DNA of 64,000 nt from Candidatus Brocadiia bacterium (GTDB taxonomy: Bacteria; Planctomycetota; Brocadiia; CAIUPP01). Shown here one piece after another: positions 17,820 through 30,091 of this stretch (positions within the stretch are counted from its first letter, which is position 1; every line of letters starts with the position of its first letter). The stretch is taken from the NCBI GenBank assembly GCA_050015075.1, contig JBEKCB010000006.1:15811-79810 (forward strand), given 5' to 3'. The position numbers were made by a program, and so were the translations under genes. The notes under the pieces are model-generated. The model did not search any database. It saw only the letters and a program-made list of their open reading frames with translations, and had not been told where the DNA came from.

Positions 17820-17848
17820 TTGCTTCACACATCGTATTGTGTTATGCT
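17820..17848 (+). promoter_or_regulatory. candidate vapBC promoter with operator-like palindrome
   Basis: TTGCTT (17820-17825), 17 nt, TATGCT (17843-17848). The spacer contains the inverted repeat ACACA-tcgtat-TGTGT. Confidence 0.3.
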
Positions 17849-17861
17849 GTGTGTGGAGGTG

Positions 17862-18068
17862 ATGACCATGGCAACCAATCTGCAGCTCGATGACCGACTC
17901 ATCCGGAAGGCCGTCATGCTGGGCGGGCACAGGACGAAGAAGGCCGCTGTCACCCAGGCGTTGACGGACTACGTGCGCCATCTTCAGCAGGAGAAGATTC
18001 TCTCGCTGTTCGGTAAGGTGGATTTCGACCCTGATTACGACTACAAGAAACAAAGGGCGAAGGGGTGA
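17862..18068 (+). CDS. vapB: type II antitoxin, VapB-like
   Basis: MTMATNLQLDDRLIRKAVMLGGHRTKKAAVTQALTDYV... has the typical VapB N-terminus. GGAGGTG SD. The start is ATG 17862 or 17868; the track's 17781 start is rejected. Confidence 0.75.
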   Translation: MTMATNLQLDDRLIRKAVMLGGHRTKKAAVTQALTDYVRHLQQEKILSLFGKVDFDPDYDYKKQRAKG

Positions 18069-18478
18069 GAGTGCTCGTAGATACGAGCGTGTGGTCGCTG
18101 GCCTTGCGGCGCGGGCAACAGAGAGAACGGCCCGAAGCAGCGGAGCTTCGCCGCCTGATTGCCGATCACCGCGTGGAAATCATCGGCCCTGTCCGGCAGG
18201 AGATTCTTTCGGGAATTCGTGAGCCTTCTCACTTTGAAAAGCTCGAAGAGCGTCTTGCGGATTTCCCGGACTCGCCTATCAGGACTGAAGACTATGTAAC
18301 CGCTGCCAAGTTCTTCAATCTGTGTCGTTCGAAAGGCGTCCAGGGAGCAAACACTGATTTCCTGATTTGCGCCTTGGCCGTGCGAAACGAATTCGCCATT
18401 TTTACGACCGACAAAGACTTCGCGCTTTTCGCCAAGTGCCTGCCGATTGTGCTGCATAAAAATGCAGAAGATGGGTAA
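18065..18478 (+). CDS. vapC: type II toxin, PIN-domain ribonuclease VapC
   Basis: 137 aa: VLVDTSVWSLALRR...EIIGPVRQEILSG...FAIFTTDKDF carries the PIN acidic residues. Its GTG start overlaps the vapB TGA. Confidence 0.85.
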   Translation: MRVLVDTSVWSLALRRGQQRERPEAAELRRLIADHRVEIIGPVRQEILSGIREPSHFEKLEERLADFPDSPIRTEDYVTAAKFFNLCRSKGVQGANTDFLICALAVRNEFAIFTTDKDFALFAKCLPIVLHKNAEDG

Positions 18479-18570
18479 ATATGGTCCTTTGAAAAGTGCT
18501 TCTGGAGCTTTTCGGCAAGATGCACCGGATTCTTATTGAAACTGTGACAGCATAAGTGTTATGTCGTTGT

Positions 18571-18641
18571 ATCGAGCCTCTGTTGGGCGTGTCGTTGGAT
18601 TAGATTACAAAGGCGCTCGGCGCGTGCGAGGAGATTCTTAA
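18571..18641 (+). pseudogene. decayed 3' fragment of a paralog of the 15718..16008 gene
   Basis: atcgagcctctgttgggcgtgtcgttggattaGATTAcaaaggcgctcgg... aligns with 15950-16010 (atcgagcctttgctgatcgagtcgttggattacaacggcgctcac...). It carries a 5-bp GATTA duplication that creates an in-frame TAG and a frameshift. Confidence 0.5.
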
Positions 18642-18672
18642 CCTTCGCAGGTATCAGCAAAGTCACAGCCAA

Positions 18673-18729
18673 TCGTCCTCGTCGTCGTCCTCGCTCTCGG
18701 TCGTGAAGGTGAACGGTTCGAGGACGAGG
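18673..18729. repeat. hairpin-forming GTCCTCG / CGAGGAC repeat (copy 2)
   Basis: TCGTCCTCGTCGTCGTCCTCG - loop ctctcggtcgtgaaggtgaacggt - TCGAGGACGAGG. The loop core ctcggtcgtg.ag.tga.c.gttcgaggacga is shared with copy 1. Confidence 0.55.
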
Positions 18730-18755
18730 CAGTTCTCGCCTGGGCGTTTATGCCT

Positions 18756-21625
<2,870 letters not shown>

Positions 21626-21629
<4 letters not shown>

Positions 21630-22618
21630 GGGAACGGCTCCTCCTCGACGGGCGCGGCGTTCGCCAGGCGCAGGCGCGCCTCGCGGACATCGGCGGCGAT
21701 GCGCTCGGCCAGCGACTCGGCCGACGGGAAAATCTCCTCGGCGCGGATGCGGTCCACGAACTGGACCTCGACATCCTGCCCGTAAAGGTCGCCGGAGAAA
21801 TCCAGGATGTGCGTTTCCACGATGATCCGTTCCGAGAGATACGCCGGGCCGGTCGGCTGCAGCGTCGGCGCCGGGCCGATGTTCGTTACGGAATCGCGCA
21901 TCGAGCCGCCGATCAGGCAGCGCGTGGCATAGACGCCCTGCGGCGGCCGAACCTCGTGATGCAGGTCCAGGTTGATCGTCGGGAAGCCGATCCGCCGGCC
22001 GCGGCCCAGGCCGGCGATAACCGTGCCGCGGACGCACACGCGGCGGCCCAGCAGGCGCTCGGCCAGGCGCAGGTCGCCGGCGCGGATGGCCTCGCGCAGA
22101 CGCGTGCTGCTGACCGGCGCGCCGTCGAGTTCCACCACCGGGACGGAGCGGGCCTCGAAATGGAATTGCGCCGCCAGACGGCGCATCAGCTCGAAGTCTC
22201 CGCGCCCGTCGCGCCCGAAGCGCGTATCGTGCCCGAGCAGCACGCCTTCCGCCTTCAGCCGGTCCACGAGAAGGTCCTTCACGAATTCCTCCGGTTCGAG
22301 CGCCGCGAGCGGCGGTTCGAACGTCAGCACGACCGTCGTGTCGAGCCCGAGCCGTTCGAAGAGCATCAGTCGGTGGTCCAGCGACAGGATTTGTCCCCAG
22401 GACGCGCCATGCGGCAGGCGGGGCTTGCCCGTCAGGGCCGCGCGCGGCGGGCGGTCGAACGTGACGACGACGGCGTCGCCGCCGGTCTCGCGCGCCCAGG
22501 CGAGCAGGCGCCGCAGCACGCTGAGGTGCCCGCGGTGCACGCCGTCAAAAGTGCCAAGGGTCACCTTGGCCTTCGTGAACGGGCCGATCGCGGATGTGAG
22601 ACCGTGGAACGTTTTCAC
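21626..22618 (-). CDS. ribF: bifunctional riboflavin kinase / FMN adenylyltransferase
   Basis: 330 aa: [27 protein letters not shown] and a C-terminal kinase part [11 protein letters not shown]...GVYA...[19 protein letters not shown]. Confidence 0.88.
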
Positions 22619-22718
22619 ATGTCACCGGACGCAAGTGCCTCGCTGCGCCAGATCATATCGGCAGGAGAAGCTACGGCCGCCCTGCGCCGCGCCGTATTCT
22701 TCCCGTTGTTCCTCGGCG

Positions 22719-24494
22719 TCATTGCATCTGCGAGCCGAGGTAATTCATCACTTCCTGCGACGGGTGCGCGTCGCGGCGCACGTCGGCGAGCCAGGTCTGC
22801 CTGACGGTGTCGCGCTTGCGGGACAGGAGATCCTCGGTGATGCCCGCGATGTTCTTTTCGAAATCTGCGCGGTCGGCGGGCTTCACGGCGACCCGCTTCA
22901 GGAGGAAGACGGCGCGCGCGCCGGCCGGCTCCAGCGCCTTGCCCACTTCGTTGTCCTTGAGCGCGAACGCCGCATCGGCGAAATGGCTATAGTCGTAGTC
23001 CCCGGGCAGACCGATCCTCATCGCGAACCGGTATCCCATGTATTCCTTGGGACGGGTGAAGAAATCGCTCTTCCCGCGCTCCACGCAGTCCTTGAGGTCC
23101 TTCTGGATTTCCTCCTGCGTGAAGGAAAGCGCCTTCAGCCGCTCGGCGACCGCGGCCTCGATTTTCGCCGCGGCGGCGTCGAGGCTCGACGGGTTATCCT
23201 TCAACGCCTGCTCGGCCATTTCCTGCGCCAGATCGTATCCCTTCGCCGCGCGATAGTCCTTCTCGACCTGCTTGCGAATGGCGTCGAACGGCGCGGGACG
23301 CGGGTCCTGAATCTTCAGGATCTGAAAGATGAACTTGCCGTCGCGCGCCTCGAGCGTCACGCTGGGCCGGCGGATGTTCGAGGCCGACTGGCCGAAGGCC
23401 TTGGACCTGAGATCGGTCGCTCCCGGGAGTATCATGTCCGCCTTGTCGGCGGGGAACAGCGGGCTGACCTGGTGGACCAGGTTGAACTTCTTCGCGATTG
23501 CCGCGAAATCGGCGGCGCGGACTTCTTCCGATCCGAAAGGCACCTCGGTCTGGGTGGCGATCTCGTCGTTGACGTCCTTCATGTCCTCGTCCACGACGCG
23601 CATGGCCTCTTCCTTGCGCAGCTCGGCCTCGATCTGCGGGGCCACCTCGGCCAGCGGCTTGAACTTGGGCGGCTCGTCCGGCTTGGCCTCTTGCGGGGGC
23701 ACGCGGACGCGGTACTGGTCCTTGTGCGCGTTGTAATAGGCGTTCACCTGCTGCTGCGTGATGACGACGCTGTCGAGATATCGCGCGGTGGGACACAGGA
23801 GGTACTCGATGCTGACCTGCTCCGGTTCCAGGTAGCCGACGTCGTTCGGGTCGCGCTCCGGCGGGGTGTTCTTGTGTTCATCGTAGAATTCCTGCACCGA
23901 CTTGTCATCCGCGGCGACCAGCGGCGCGAACGCGTCGGCGCGGAGGGCGATGTATTCCGCCATGACGCGCTCGTTGTCGCGGGCGTACCAGAGCCAGGCT
24001 TCGTTTTCGGGGAGCGTCACCGACATCAGCACCGTGCGCGCCAGGGTGACGGCGGTCAGATAGGTCTTCAGCGAGTTTTCGAACGACTGCTCAGACAGGC
24101 GGGCCCGCTCGAGGAACACCGCGTACTCCTTCGCGTCGTAGCCCAAGCCGCTCTGAGAGGGGAAGCGCATCTTGAGGAGTTCGGCGATCTCATCGTCGCC
24201 GGCGTTGATGCCGTATCGTTTCGCCTCTTCCGCGAGGATGAGCATCTGCCAGGCCTGCGCCCGGGCCGCCTCGACGTCCGTCCGGCGCTGGCTCAGCGAA
24301 CTGAGCGTCATGGCCAGCGCGTCCACCTGCTGCGCCGGCACCGCCTTGCCGAAGATTTTCCCTTGCGGCCCGGGGGTCTTGGCGAACAGGTAGTTCCACG
24401 GCACGAGCCAGGTCACCATGATGACCACGCAGATGACGACGAGCAAAACACCGGCCTTCTCTCGCATCCACTTGTTCATATCGGCCATGTGCAT
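22719..24494 (-). CDS. PpiD/SurA-N-like periplasmic chaperone (membrane-anchored)
   Basis: 591 aa with an N-terminal anchor KAGVLLVVICVVIMVTWLV. It is a long, helical, Lys/Glu-rich periplasmic protein of PpiD-like length and layout. I could not recognise a clear parvulin motif. Confidence 0.45.
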   Translation of the reverse strand: MHMADMNKWMREKAGVLLVVICVVIMVTWLVPWNYLFAKTPGPQGKIFGKAVPAQQVDALAMTLSSLSQRRTDVEAARAQAWQMLILAEEAKRYGINAGDDEIAELLKMRFPSQSGLGYDAKEYAVFLERARLSEQSFENSLKTYLTAVTLARTVLMSVTLPENEAWLWYARDNERVMAEYIALRADAFAPLVAADDKSVQEFYDEHKNTPPERDPNDVGYLEPEQVSIEYLLCPTARYLDSVVITQQQVNAYYNAHKDQYRVRVPPQEAKPDEPPKFKPLAEVAPQIEAELRKEEAMRVVDEDMKDVNDEIATQTEVPFGSEEVRAADFAAIAKKFNLVHQVSPLFPADKADMILPGATDLRSKAFGQSASNIRRPSVTLEARDGKFIFQILKIQDPRPAPFDAIRKQVEKDYRAAKGYDLAQEMAEQALKDNPSSLDAAAAKIEAAVAERLKALSFTQEEIQKDLKDCVERGKSDFFTRPKEYMGYRFAMRIGLPGDYDYSHFADAAFALKDNEVGKALEPAGARAVFLLKRVAVKPADRADFEKNIAGITEDLLSRKRDTVRQTWLADVRRDAHPSQEVMNYLGSQMQ

Positions 24495-24608
24495 AGAGCG
24501 CGCTCCTCAGATAATCAGGTCATCGCAAGGCGCATACTCGAAACGCTGCATTATAATCCGATCCGCCCGCGGCTTCAAGGCATCCCTGACTGAGCGGGAA
24601 CGCAGACC

Positions 24609-24637
24609 TTGACACGCTCGCCGGGCGGTGCGATAAT
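24609..24637 (+). promoter_or_regulatory. sigma70 promoter of the B12-regulated operon
   Basis: TTGACA (24609-24614), 17 nt, GATAAT (24632-24637). It lies about 20 nt upstream of the riboswitch P1 stem. Confidence 0.6.
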
Positions 24638-24658
24638 CCGACGAGTTGTTGCAACGCT

Positions 24659-24843
24659 CACAGGCGCCCGCGAGGGCGTGAAGGGAAGACGGTGAAATTC
24701 CGTCGCGGTCCCGCCGCTGTGATCGGGGACGAAAGCCGCATCGCGCGCAGGAAACTGCGCGCGCTTGGCCACTGTTCGGGGCGATCCCCGGACGGGAAGG
24801 CGCGGCAAGTAGGATGATCCGAGAGCCAGAAGACCTGCCTGTG
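24659..24843 (+). promoter_or_regulatory. cobalamin (AdoCbl) riboswitch aptamer
   Basis: P1 pairs CACAGGC (24659-24665) with GCCTGTG (24837-24843). Conserved core GAAGGGAAGACGGTGAAATTCCGTCGCGGTCCCGCCGCTGT, then GCCACTG...GGGAAGGC, then B12 box GAGCCAGAAGACCTGCC. A possible bulged terminator-like hairpin with a U-rich tail lies near 24941-24985. Confidence 0.88.
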
Positions 24844-25074
24844 CGCGCTTCGCTTCATGTCGCATGGCCCGCTCGCAGAGCGGGACATGCTAAGGCTCCG
24901 AGGCTGGGCTGATGAAGATGCGGCTGGGCGGCCACACCGATTGCTCCCCTGCGCCTTCGAGGCAAGGGGCATATTGTTGTTCCAACCCGCGCGCTCCATC
25001 CCTCGACCTCCGCCTCATGAAGTAACCCCGTCCGCGGCCTCCGGAAGAGAGTCCGCCATGGAAAGGAGAGGGAC

Positions 25075-26175
25075 GTGAGCAGTCAGCGTTATCCTGGTCG
25101 CACGGTGAGGTCGCGCAGGTCGGCGCCGGCGTTTGGGGTGGGCGCGTTCACGCTGATCGAGATGCTGGCCGTCATCGCCATCATCGGTATCCTGGCCGGG
25201 CTGCTTCTGCCCGCGATCACCGCCGCGCGCGAGCGCGGTCGCGAGGCCGCGTGCAGCAGCAACCTGCGCCAGCTCTTCATGGCCACGGAGATGTACTGCA
25301 ACCATTTCGATGAGTACTACTTCCCCGCCGCCCGCGACGTGAACACGACCAACCTCGAACGCTGGCACGGCATCCGCCAGCAGACCGGCACCGATCCGGT
25401 GACAAGTGCGCCGATATACACCCCGTTCGACCCGAGCCTGGGCAAGCTCGCTCCGTACCTCTACATCAACACCGTCGTCAACACCACCGGCACCGCGGGT
25501 AACACCGGCACCGTCGAGGCGCAGATCAAGCAGTGCCCCACTTTCGCCGGCAAGTGGATCGGCGCGGGCGCTTATGAGATCGGCTGCGGCGGCTACGGCA
25601 TGAGCCACCTGTACGTCGGCAGCCATGAATACAAGACGCCGGTCTACTATACGAGCGACGTGGTGAGCGCGCCGAGTACTTTCGACGACCTGACCGCCGT
25701 CGAATGCGGCTCCAACCGGCATGAAGTGCGCGTGCCGGAGCAGACGCTCCTCTTCGCCGATGCGGCCGCGCCGGACGCCAATTTCTCCGGCAAGGTCATC
25801 GAGTACTCCTTCGCGGAGCCGAACTACTTTACCAATTCCGGGCGGTGGGACCCGACGCTGCCGCCCTGGGGCGACTTCCATCCCGATCCGAACTATCCGC
25901 CCGACACCGTGGACCTCTCGCACTCGGACAATCCGTCGCTCCATTTCCGGCACACCGGCAATGCCAACGTCCTCTGGTGCGACGGGCACGTCAGCAGCGA
26001 GGGGCCGCTGTTCTCGCGGACGCTGACCGCGACGATCTTCTCAACCGGCTTGCAGACGTCCGTGGACTACTCGACGTACGGGCTCGGATGGTTCGGCGCC
26101 GACGACAACTCGGCCTTCCGGCTCGAGAAGAATACCGCGCAGTGCGTGCAGATCCCTGTTCCACCGGCGGAATAA
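25075..26175 (+). CDS. prepilin-type N-terminal cleavage/methylation domain protein with C-terminal H-X9-DG motif (DUF1559-like pseudopilin)
   Basis: 366 aa with a GTG start and AGGAGAGGG SD. The leader plus methylation motif is [26 protein letters not shown]. The C-terminal [13 protein letters not shown] is exactly H-X9-DG. Its stop TAA (26173-26175) abuts the cobC ATG at 26176. Confidence 0.8.
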   Translation: MSSQRYPGRTVRSRRSAPAFGVGAFTLIEMLAVIAIIGILAGLLLPAITAARERGREAACSSNLRQLFMATEMYCNHFDEYYFPAARDVNTTNLERWHGIRQQTGTDPVTSAPIYTPFDPSLGKLAPYLYINTVVNTTGTAGNTGTVEAQIKQCPTFAGKWIGAGAYEIGCGGYGMSHLYVGSHEYKTPVYYTSDVVSAPSTFDDLTAVECGSNRHEVRVPEQTLLFADAAAPDANFSGKVIEYSFAEPNYFTNSGRWDPTLPPWGDFHPDPNYPPDTVDLSHSDNPSLHFRHTGNANVLWCDGHVSSEGPLFSRTLTATIFSTGLQTSVDYSTYGLGWFGADDNSAFRLEKNTAQCVQIPVPPAE

Positions 26176-26790
26176 ATGGCTGAATATCTCTACCTGGTCA
26201 GGCACGGCTCCACCGGGCCGGCGCGCGACGGCCGATATCTCGGCCGCACCGATCTTCCGTTGGACGCCGCCGGCCGGTCCCAGGTCGAGGCGCTGGCGCA
26301 GTCGCTCCGCGTGAAACGCAAGTGCGGGCGATGCGTGTGCAGCCCGCTCCAACGCGCCGCACAGACGGCCGAGATTTTGCAGTCCGCGACCGGTTGCGTG
26401 CCCGAAACCGACCCAGACCTGCGCGAGATTGACTTCGGCCGATGGGAGGGTAAGATGTTCAACGAAATCCGCGATTCCAGCCCCGAGGAAGTCGCCCAAT
26501 GGGCGCGGTTCGCGGTGGATTTCGCGTTTCCGGGCGGCGAAAGCCTGCGCGACTTTCTCGACCGGGTCCGGCGCGCGGCGGACCGGCTCGCCGCCGACGA
26601 CGCGGACACCGTTCTCGCGGTCACGCATGCCGGCGTCATCAAGATCATGCTCTGCCACCTGCTCGGACTCGAGGCGCGCCGGTACGTCGCGTTCGAGATC
26701 GCGACCGCTTCACTGACGGTCGTGCGCCTGTTCGAAGGGAAAGGCGTCCTGTCGGAAATGATCCGCGTCGAGCGGCCGGAGCCGAAATGA
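26176..26790 (+). CDS. cobC: histidine-phosphatase family protein, probable alpha-ribazole phosphatase
   Basis: 204 aa: YLVRHGST (RHG motif), ...VTHAGVIK. Its position in the nucleotide-loop assembly cluster supports the call. Confidence 0.7.
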   Translation: MAEYLYLVRHGSTGPARDGRYLGRTDLPLDAAGRSQVEALAQSLRVKRKCGRCVCSPLQRAAQTAEILQSATGCVPETDPDLREIDFGRWEGKMFNEIRDSSPEEVAQWARFAVDFAFPGGESLRDFLDRVRRAADRLAADDADTVLAVTHAGVIKIMLCHLLGLEARRYVAFEIATASLTVVRLFEGKGVLSEMIRVERPEPK

Positions 26791-26791
26791 C

Positions 26792-27337
26792 ATGGCGCAC
26801 ATTATCCTGGTGACCGGCGGCAGCCGCAGCGGCAAGAGCGCGCACGCGCTGGACATCGCGCAGCGCCTCGACGGGCCGCGCGCCTTCGTCGCCACCTGCC
26901 CGGCGCTTGACGACGAAATGCTGGCCCGCATTCAGATGCACCGGAACTCCCGCCGGCAGGCCGGCTGGCGGACGATTGAAGAAACCGACGACCTCGCCTC
27001 CGCGCTCGCGCGGGCCGCGGATTGCCGCGTGGTGCTGGTGGATTGCCTGACGCTGTGGGTCAACAACCTGCTCTATAACGCGGAGCAGGCCGGCCGCGCG
27101 CTGGAGGAGAGCGACATTCAGAAGCACTGCGAGGCGGTGCTTCGCGCCTGCGCTCCGCTCGCGGGAACGGTCCTTTTCGTGACGAACGAAGTCGGCTGGG
27201 GAATCATCCCCGAGAACGCCTCGGCGCGCCGGTTCCGCGATCTCAGCGGCCGTTGCAATACCGTCATGGCCGCCGGCTCGGACGAAGTCATCCTGGTCGT
27301 GTGCGGACTTCCCATCCATTTGAAGAAAGGAGACTGA
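26792..27337 (+). CDS. cobU: bifunctional adenosylcobinamide kinase / adenosylcobinamide-phosphate guanylyltransferase
   Basis: 181 aa: IILVTGGSRSGKSAHA P-loop, ...VLVDCLTLWVNN..., FVTNEVGWGIIPEN. Confidence 0.85.
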   Translation: MAHIILVTGGSRSGKSAHALDIAQRLDGPRAFVATCPALDDEMLARIQMHRNSRRQAGWRTIEETDDLASALARAADCRVVLVDCLTLWVNNLLYNAEQAGRALEESDIQKHCEAVLRACAPLAGTVLFVTNEVGWGIIPENASARRFRDLSGRCNTVMAAGSDEVILVVCGLPIHLKKGD

Positions 27338-27338
27338 C

Positions 27339-28406
27339 GTGGCGAACGTCCTGGAAGAAAGGCTCAACGGCATTCGCGAGCAGGATGCCGAGTGGCGCGC
27401 GAAGGCCCATGCGCGGCTGGAGCAGCTCACGATGCCGCACTGGGCGCTCGGCCGCCTGATGGACCTCGCCGAGGACCTGGCCGGCATGACGCGCTCCATG
27501 AACCCGCCCGTCGCCCGGAAGACCATCGTCACGATGGCCGGCGACCACGGCGTCGTGGCCGAAGGCGTCAGCAAGTACCCGCAGGTCGTCACGCTGGAGA
27601 TGGTGCACAACTTCGTCACCGGCGGCGCCGGGATCAACGCCCTCGCGCGCGTCGTCGGGGCGCGCGTGGTCGTGGTGGACATGGGCACGGCGGGCGATCT
27701 GGCGGAACTGGCGAAGAGCGGGAAGATCCTGTCGCGGCGCATCGGATCGGGCACGCAGAACATCGCGCGCGGCCCGGCGATGAGCCGCGCCGACGCCATC
27801 CGCTGCATCGAAAACGGCATGGAACTCGCGCTCCAACTCGGCGACTCCACCGACGTCTTCGGCTCCGGCGACATGGGCATCGGCAACACGACGCCCAGCG
27901 CCGCCATCGCGGCGGCCATCACCGGCTGCACGCCGCTGGCGGCCACCGGGCGCGGGACCGGGATTGATTCGGAGCAGCTCCGGCACAAGGTCAGCGTCGT
28001 CGAGCGCGCGCTGGAGGTGAACAAGCCTGACCCGACCGACGGGCTCGACGTGCTCGCGAAAGTCGGCGGCTTTGAGATCGGCGGCATCACCGGGCTGATC
28101 CTCGGCGCGGCTCATCTGCGCAAGCCGGTGATTGTGGACGGCTTCATCTCGACCGCCGGCGCGCTGATCGCGCAGACGCTTTCACCGGAGGCGGCCGACT
28201 ACATGATCGCCGCCCATCGCAGCGAGGAGTCCGGGCACGCGATCATGCTCCAGCATTTGAAGAAGAAGCCCCTGCTCGATCTCGGCCTGCGGCTCGGCGA
28301 GGGGACCGGCGGCGCGCTCGCCATGAACCTGGTGGAGGCGGCCGCGGCGATCCTGACCCGCGTCAGCACGTTCGACGAGGCCTCGGTCTCCAAGGCGAAC
28401 GCATGA
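27339..28406 (+). CDS. cobT: nicotinate-nucleotide--dimethylbenzimidazole phosphoribosyltransferase
   Basis: 355 aa: LTMPHWALGRLMDLA, MAGDHGV, GDMGIGNTTPSAAI, LRLGEGTGGALA. Confidence 0.88.
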   Translation: MANVLEERLNGIREQDAEWRAKAHARLEQLTMPHWALGRLMDLAEDLAGMTRSMNPPVARKTIVTMAGDHGVVAEGVSKYPQVVTLEMVHNFVTGGAGINALARVVGARVVVVDMGTAGDLAELAKSGKILSRRIGSGTQNIARGPAMSRADAIRCIENGMELALQLGDSTDVFGSGDMGIGNTTPSAAIAAAITGCTPLAATGRGTGIDSEQLRHKVSVVERALEVNKPDPTDGLDVLAKVGGFEIGGITGLILGAAHLRKPVIVDGFISTAGALIAQTLSPEAADYMIAAHRSEESGHAIMLQHLKKKPLLDLGLRLGEGTGGALAMNLVEAAAAILTRVSTFDEASVSKANA

Positions 28407-29161
28407 GACGCTTCATCGCGGCGATGAGATTCCTGACGGTGATCCCGTTCCCCGGAACCTGGGGCGCGGATGAAGCCTCGCTCGCCGGCAGCACGGTTTT
28501 CTTTCCCGCGGTCGGCCTGCTGATCGGGCTCGGCGCGGCGGGAATCGCCGCTTGCGCCGTCCGCTGGTTGCCGGCCGGTCCGGCGGCGGCGCTCGTCATC
28601 GTGGCGCTGCTGGCCGTCTCCGGCGGGCTTCACATGGACGGCCTTTCGGACACGGCCGACGGACTGCTGAGCGCGCGGCCGCGCGAGCGCGCGCTGGAGA
28701 TCATGCGCGACAGTCACGTCGGCGCGATGGGCGTCATCGCCATCGTCTGCGCGCTGCTGCTGAAGTTCGCGGCCGTGGCGTCCCTGCCGGCGGCGGAGCT
28801 TTGGCGCACCGCCCTGCTCATGCCGGTCGCGGGCCGGGCCGCCCTCGTCGTCACGATCGCGCTGCTGCCCTATGCCCGGCCGGGAGGCGGCCTGGCCGCG
28901 CCGTTCTATCGCAACCGTTCGATGCTCGCCGCGCTGGCGGCTGAAGTCATCCTGCTCGTGACGGCGTGGCTCGTCCTCGACCTGGCCGGACTCATCGCCG
29001 CGTGCGCCTCGCTGGCGGCGGTCCTGATCTTTGCGGTCTATACCTATCGCCGGATCGGCGGCGCGACGGGGGACACGCTCGGCGCGGCGTGCGAGATCGC
29101 CGAGCTGGTCCCGGCCATGGCCATGGCGGCCTGGTATTTTCAGGCGGGAGGCCATCCGTGA
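28403..29161 (+). CDS. cobS: adenosylcobinamide-GDP ribazoletransferase (cobalamin synthase)
   Basis: 252 aa polytopic membrane protein: MRFLTVIPFPG, GGLHMDGLSDTADG, GGATGDTLGA. ATGA overlap with the cobT stop. Confidence 0.85.
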   Translation: MRRFIAAMRFLTVIPFPGTWGADEASLAGSTVFFPAVGLLIGLGAAGIAACAVRWLPAGPAAALVIVALLAVSGGLHMDGLSDTADGLLSARPRERALEIMRDSHVGAMGVIAIVCALLLKFAAVASLPAAELWRTALLMPVAGRAALVVTIALLPYARPGGGLAAPFYRNRSMLAALAAEVILLVTAWLVLDLAGLIAACASLAAVLIFAVYTYRRIGGATGDTLGAACEIAELVPAMAMAAWYFQAGGHP

Positions 29162-30084
29162 ACCGCGCGCGATATTGGATTGCGGCCGCTGCCGTTGTCG
29201 GCGCGCCGGCGGTCCTGTTTCTTTGCCTGAGCGCACGCGCTGCGCCGGCCGCTGGAGAGCCGGCCCGCAAGCCCCCTCAGCGAATCGTCTCGCTCGCGCC
29301 CAGCGTCACGGAGATGCTCTTTGCGCTCGGCCTGGGAGATCGCATCGTCGGCGCGACCGACCATTGCGACTTTCCGCCGGAGGCCAAAAAAATCCCGCGC
29401 GTCGGCGGACTCGGCCGGCCGAATGTCGAGAAGCTGCTTTCGCTCTCCCCGGATATCGTCATCGCGACTGATCTCGAGCGCAAGGACCTCGCCGAGGCGC
29501 TGCGGCGCGCCGGAATCAACGTGCTGGAGTTGAAGATCGGCAATTTCGCCGAACTCTTCGAGGCCGAGCGGAAGATCGGCGATGCCGTCGGCGAGCCGGA
29601 GGCCGCGGCCCGGCAAGTCCGTGAAATGCGGGCTCAGCTCGACGCGGCGGCGAAGCTCTCCGCGGGCGTCCCGCGCGACCGGCTGCCCAAGGTCTTCATC
29701 GAGGTCTGGTCCGATCCGCTCATCACCGCCGGAGGAAGGTCCTTTCTCGACGACGTCATCGCGCGCGCCGGCGGAGTGAATGTCGCGCACGATCTCGTGC
29801 AGGATTATCCGACGATCAACCCCGAAAAAGTCGTCCAGTGGAACCCGGACGTGATCCTGCTCTGCTACATGACTGAAGCGAAGGACGCCGCGGCGCAGAT
29901 CGCCGGCCGGATCGGCTGGGGCGGCATCAAGGCCGTGCGCGAAGGGCGGATCATCGCCGACATCTCGCCGGACGCGCTGCTGCGGCCGGGGCCGCGCCTC
30001 GTCGCCGGAGTGCTGCAGCTCGCCGAGCGGCTGCATCCGCCTCATGCCGCACAGCCCGCGCCGCGAAACCCGCCGGAGAAATGA
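29158..30084 (+). CDS. btuF: periplasmic cobalamin/siderophore-type ABC substrate-binding protein
   Basis: GTG 29158 overlaps the cobS TGA. A signal/anchor YWIAAAAVVGAPAVLFLCLSA is followed by RIVSLAPSVTEMLFALGLGDRIVGATDHCDFP (BtuF-like). The track's 64-codon N-terminal extension is rejected. Confidence 0.75.
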   Translation: MNRARYWIAAAAVVGAPAVLFLCLSARAAPAAGEPARKPPQRIVSLAPSVTEMLFALGLGDRIVGATDHCDFPPEAKKIPRVGGLGRPNVEKLLSLSPDIVIATDLERKDLAEALRRAGINVLELKIGNFAELFEAERKIGDAVGEPEAAARQVREMRAQLDAAAKLSAGVPRDRLPKVFIEVWSDPLITAGGRSFLDDVIARAGGVNVAHDLVQDYPTINPEKVVQWNPDVILLCYMTEAKDAAAQIAGRIGWGGIKAVREGRIIADISPDALLRPGPRLVAGVLQLAERLHPPHAAQPAPRNPPEK

Positions 30085-30091
30085 ACTCGCC

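Noticed and set aside
21630-22037. N-terminal 136-codon extension of uvrA in the ORF track.
   Set aside because: It overlaps ribF on the same strand in another frame and is Arg/Pro/Gly-rich. A GTG at 21629 overlapping the ribF stop gives a UvrA of normal length that starts just before the first Walker A.
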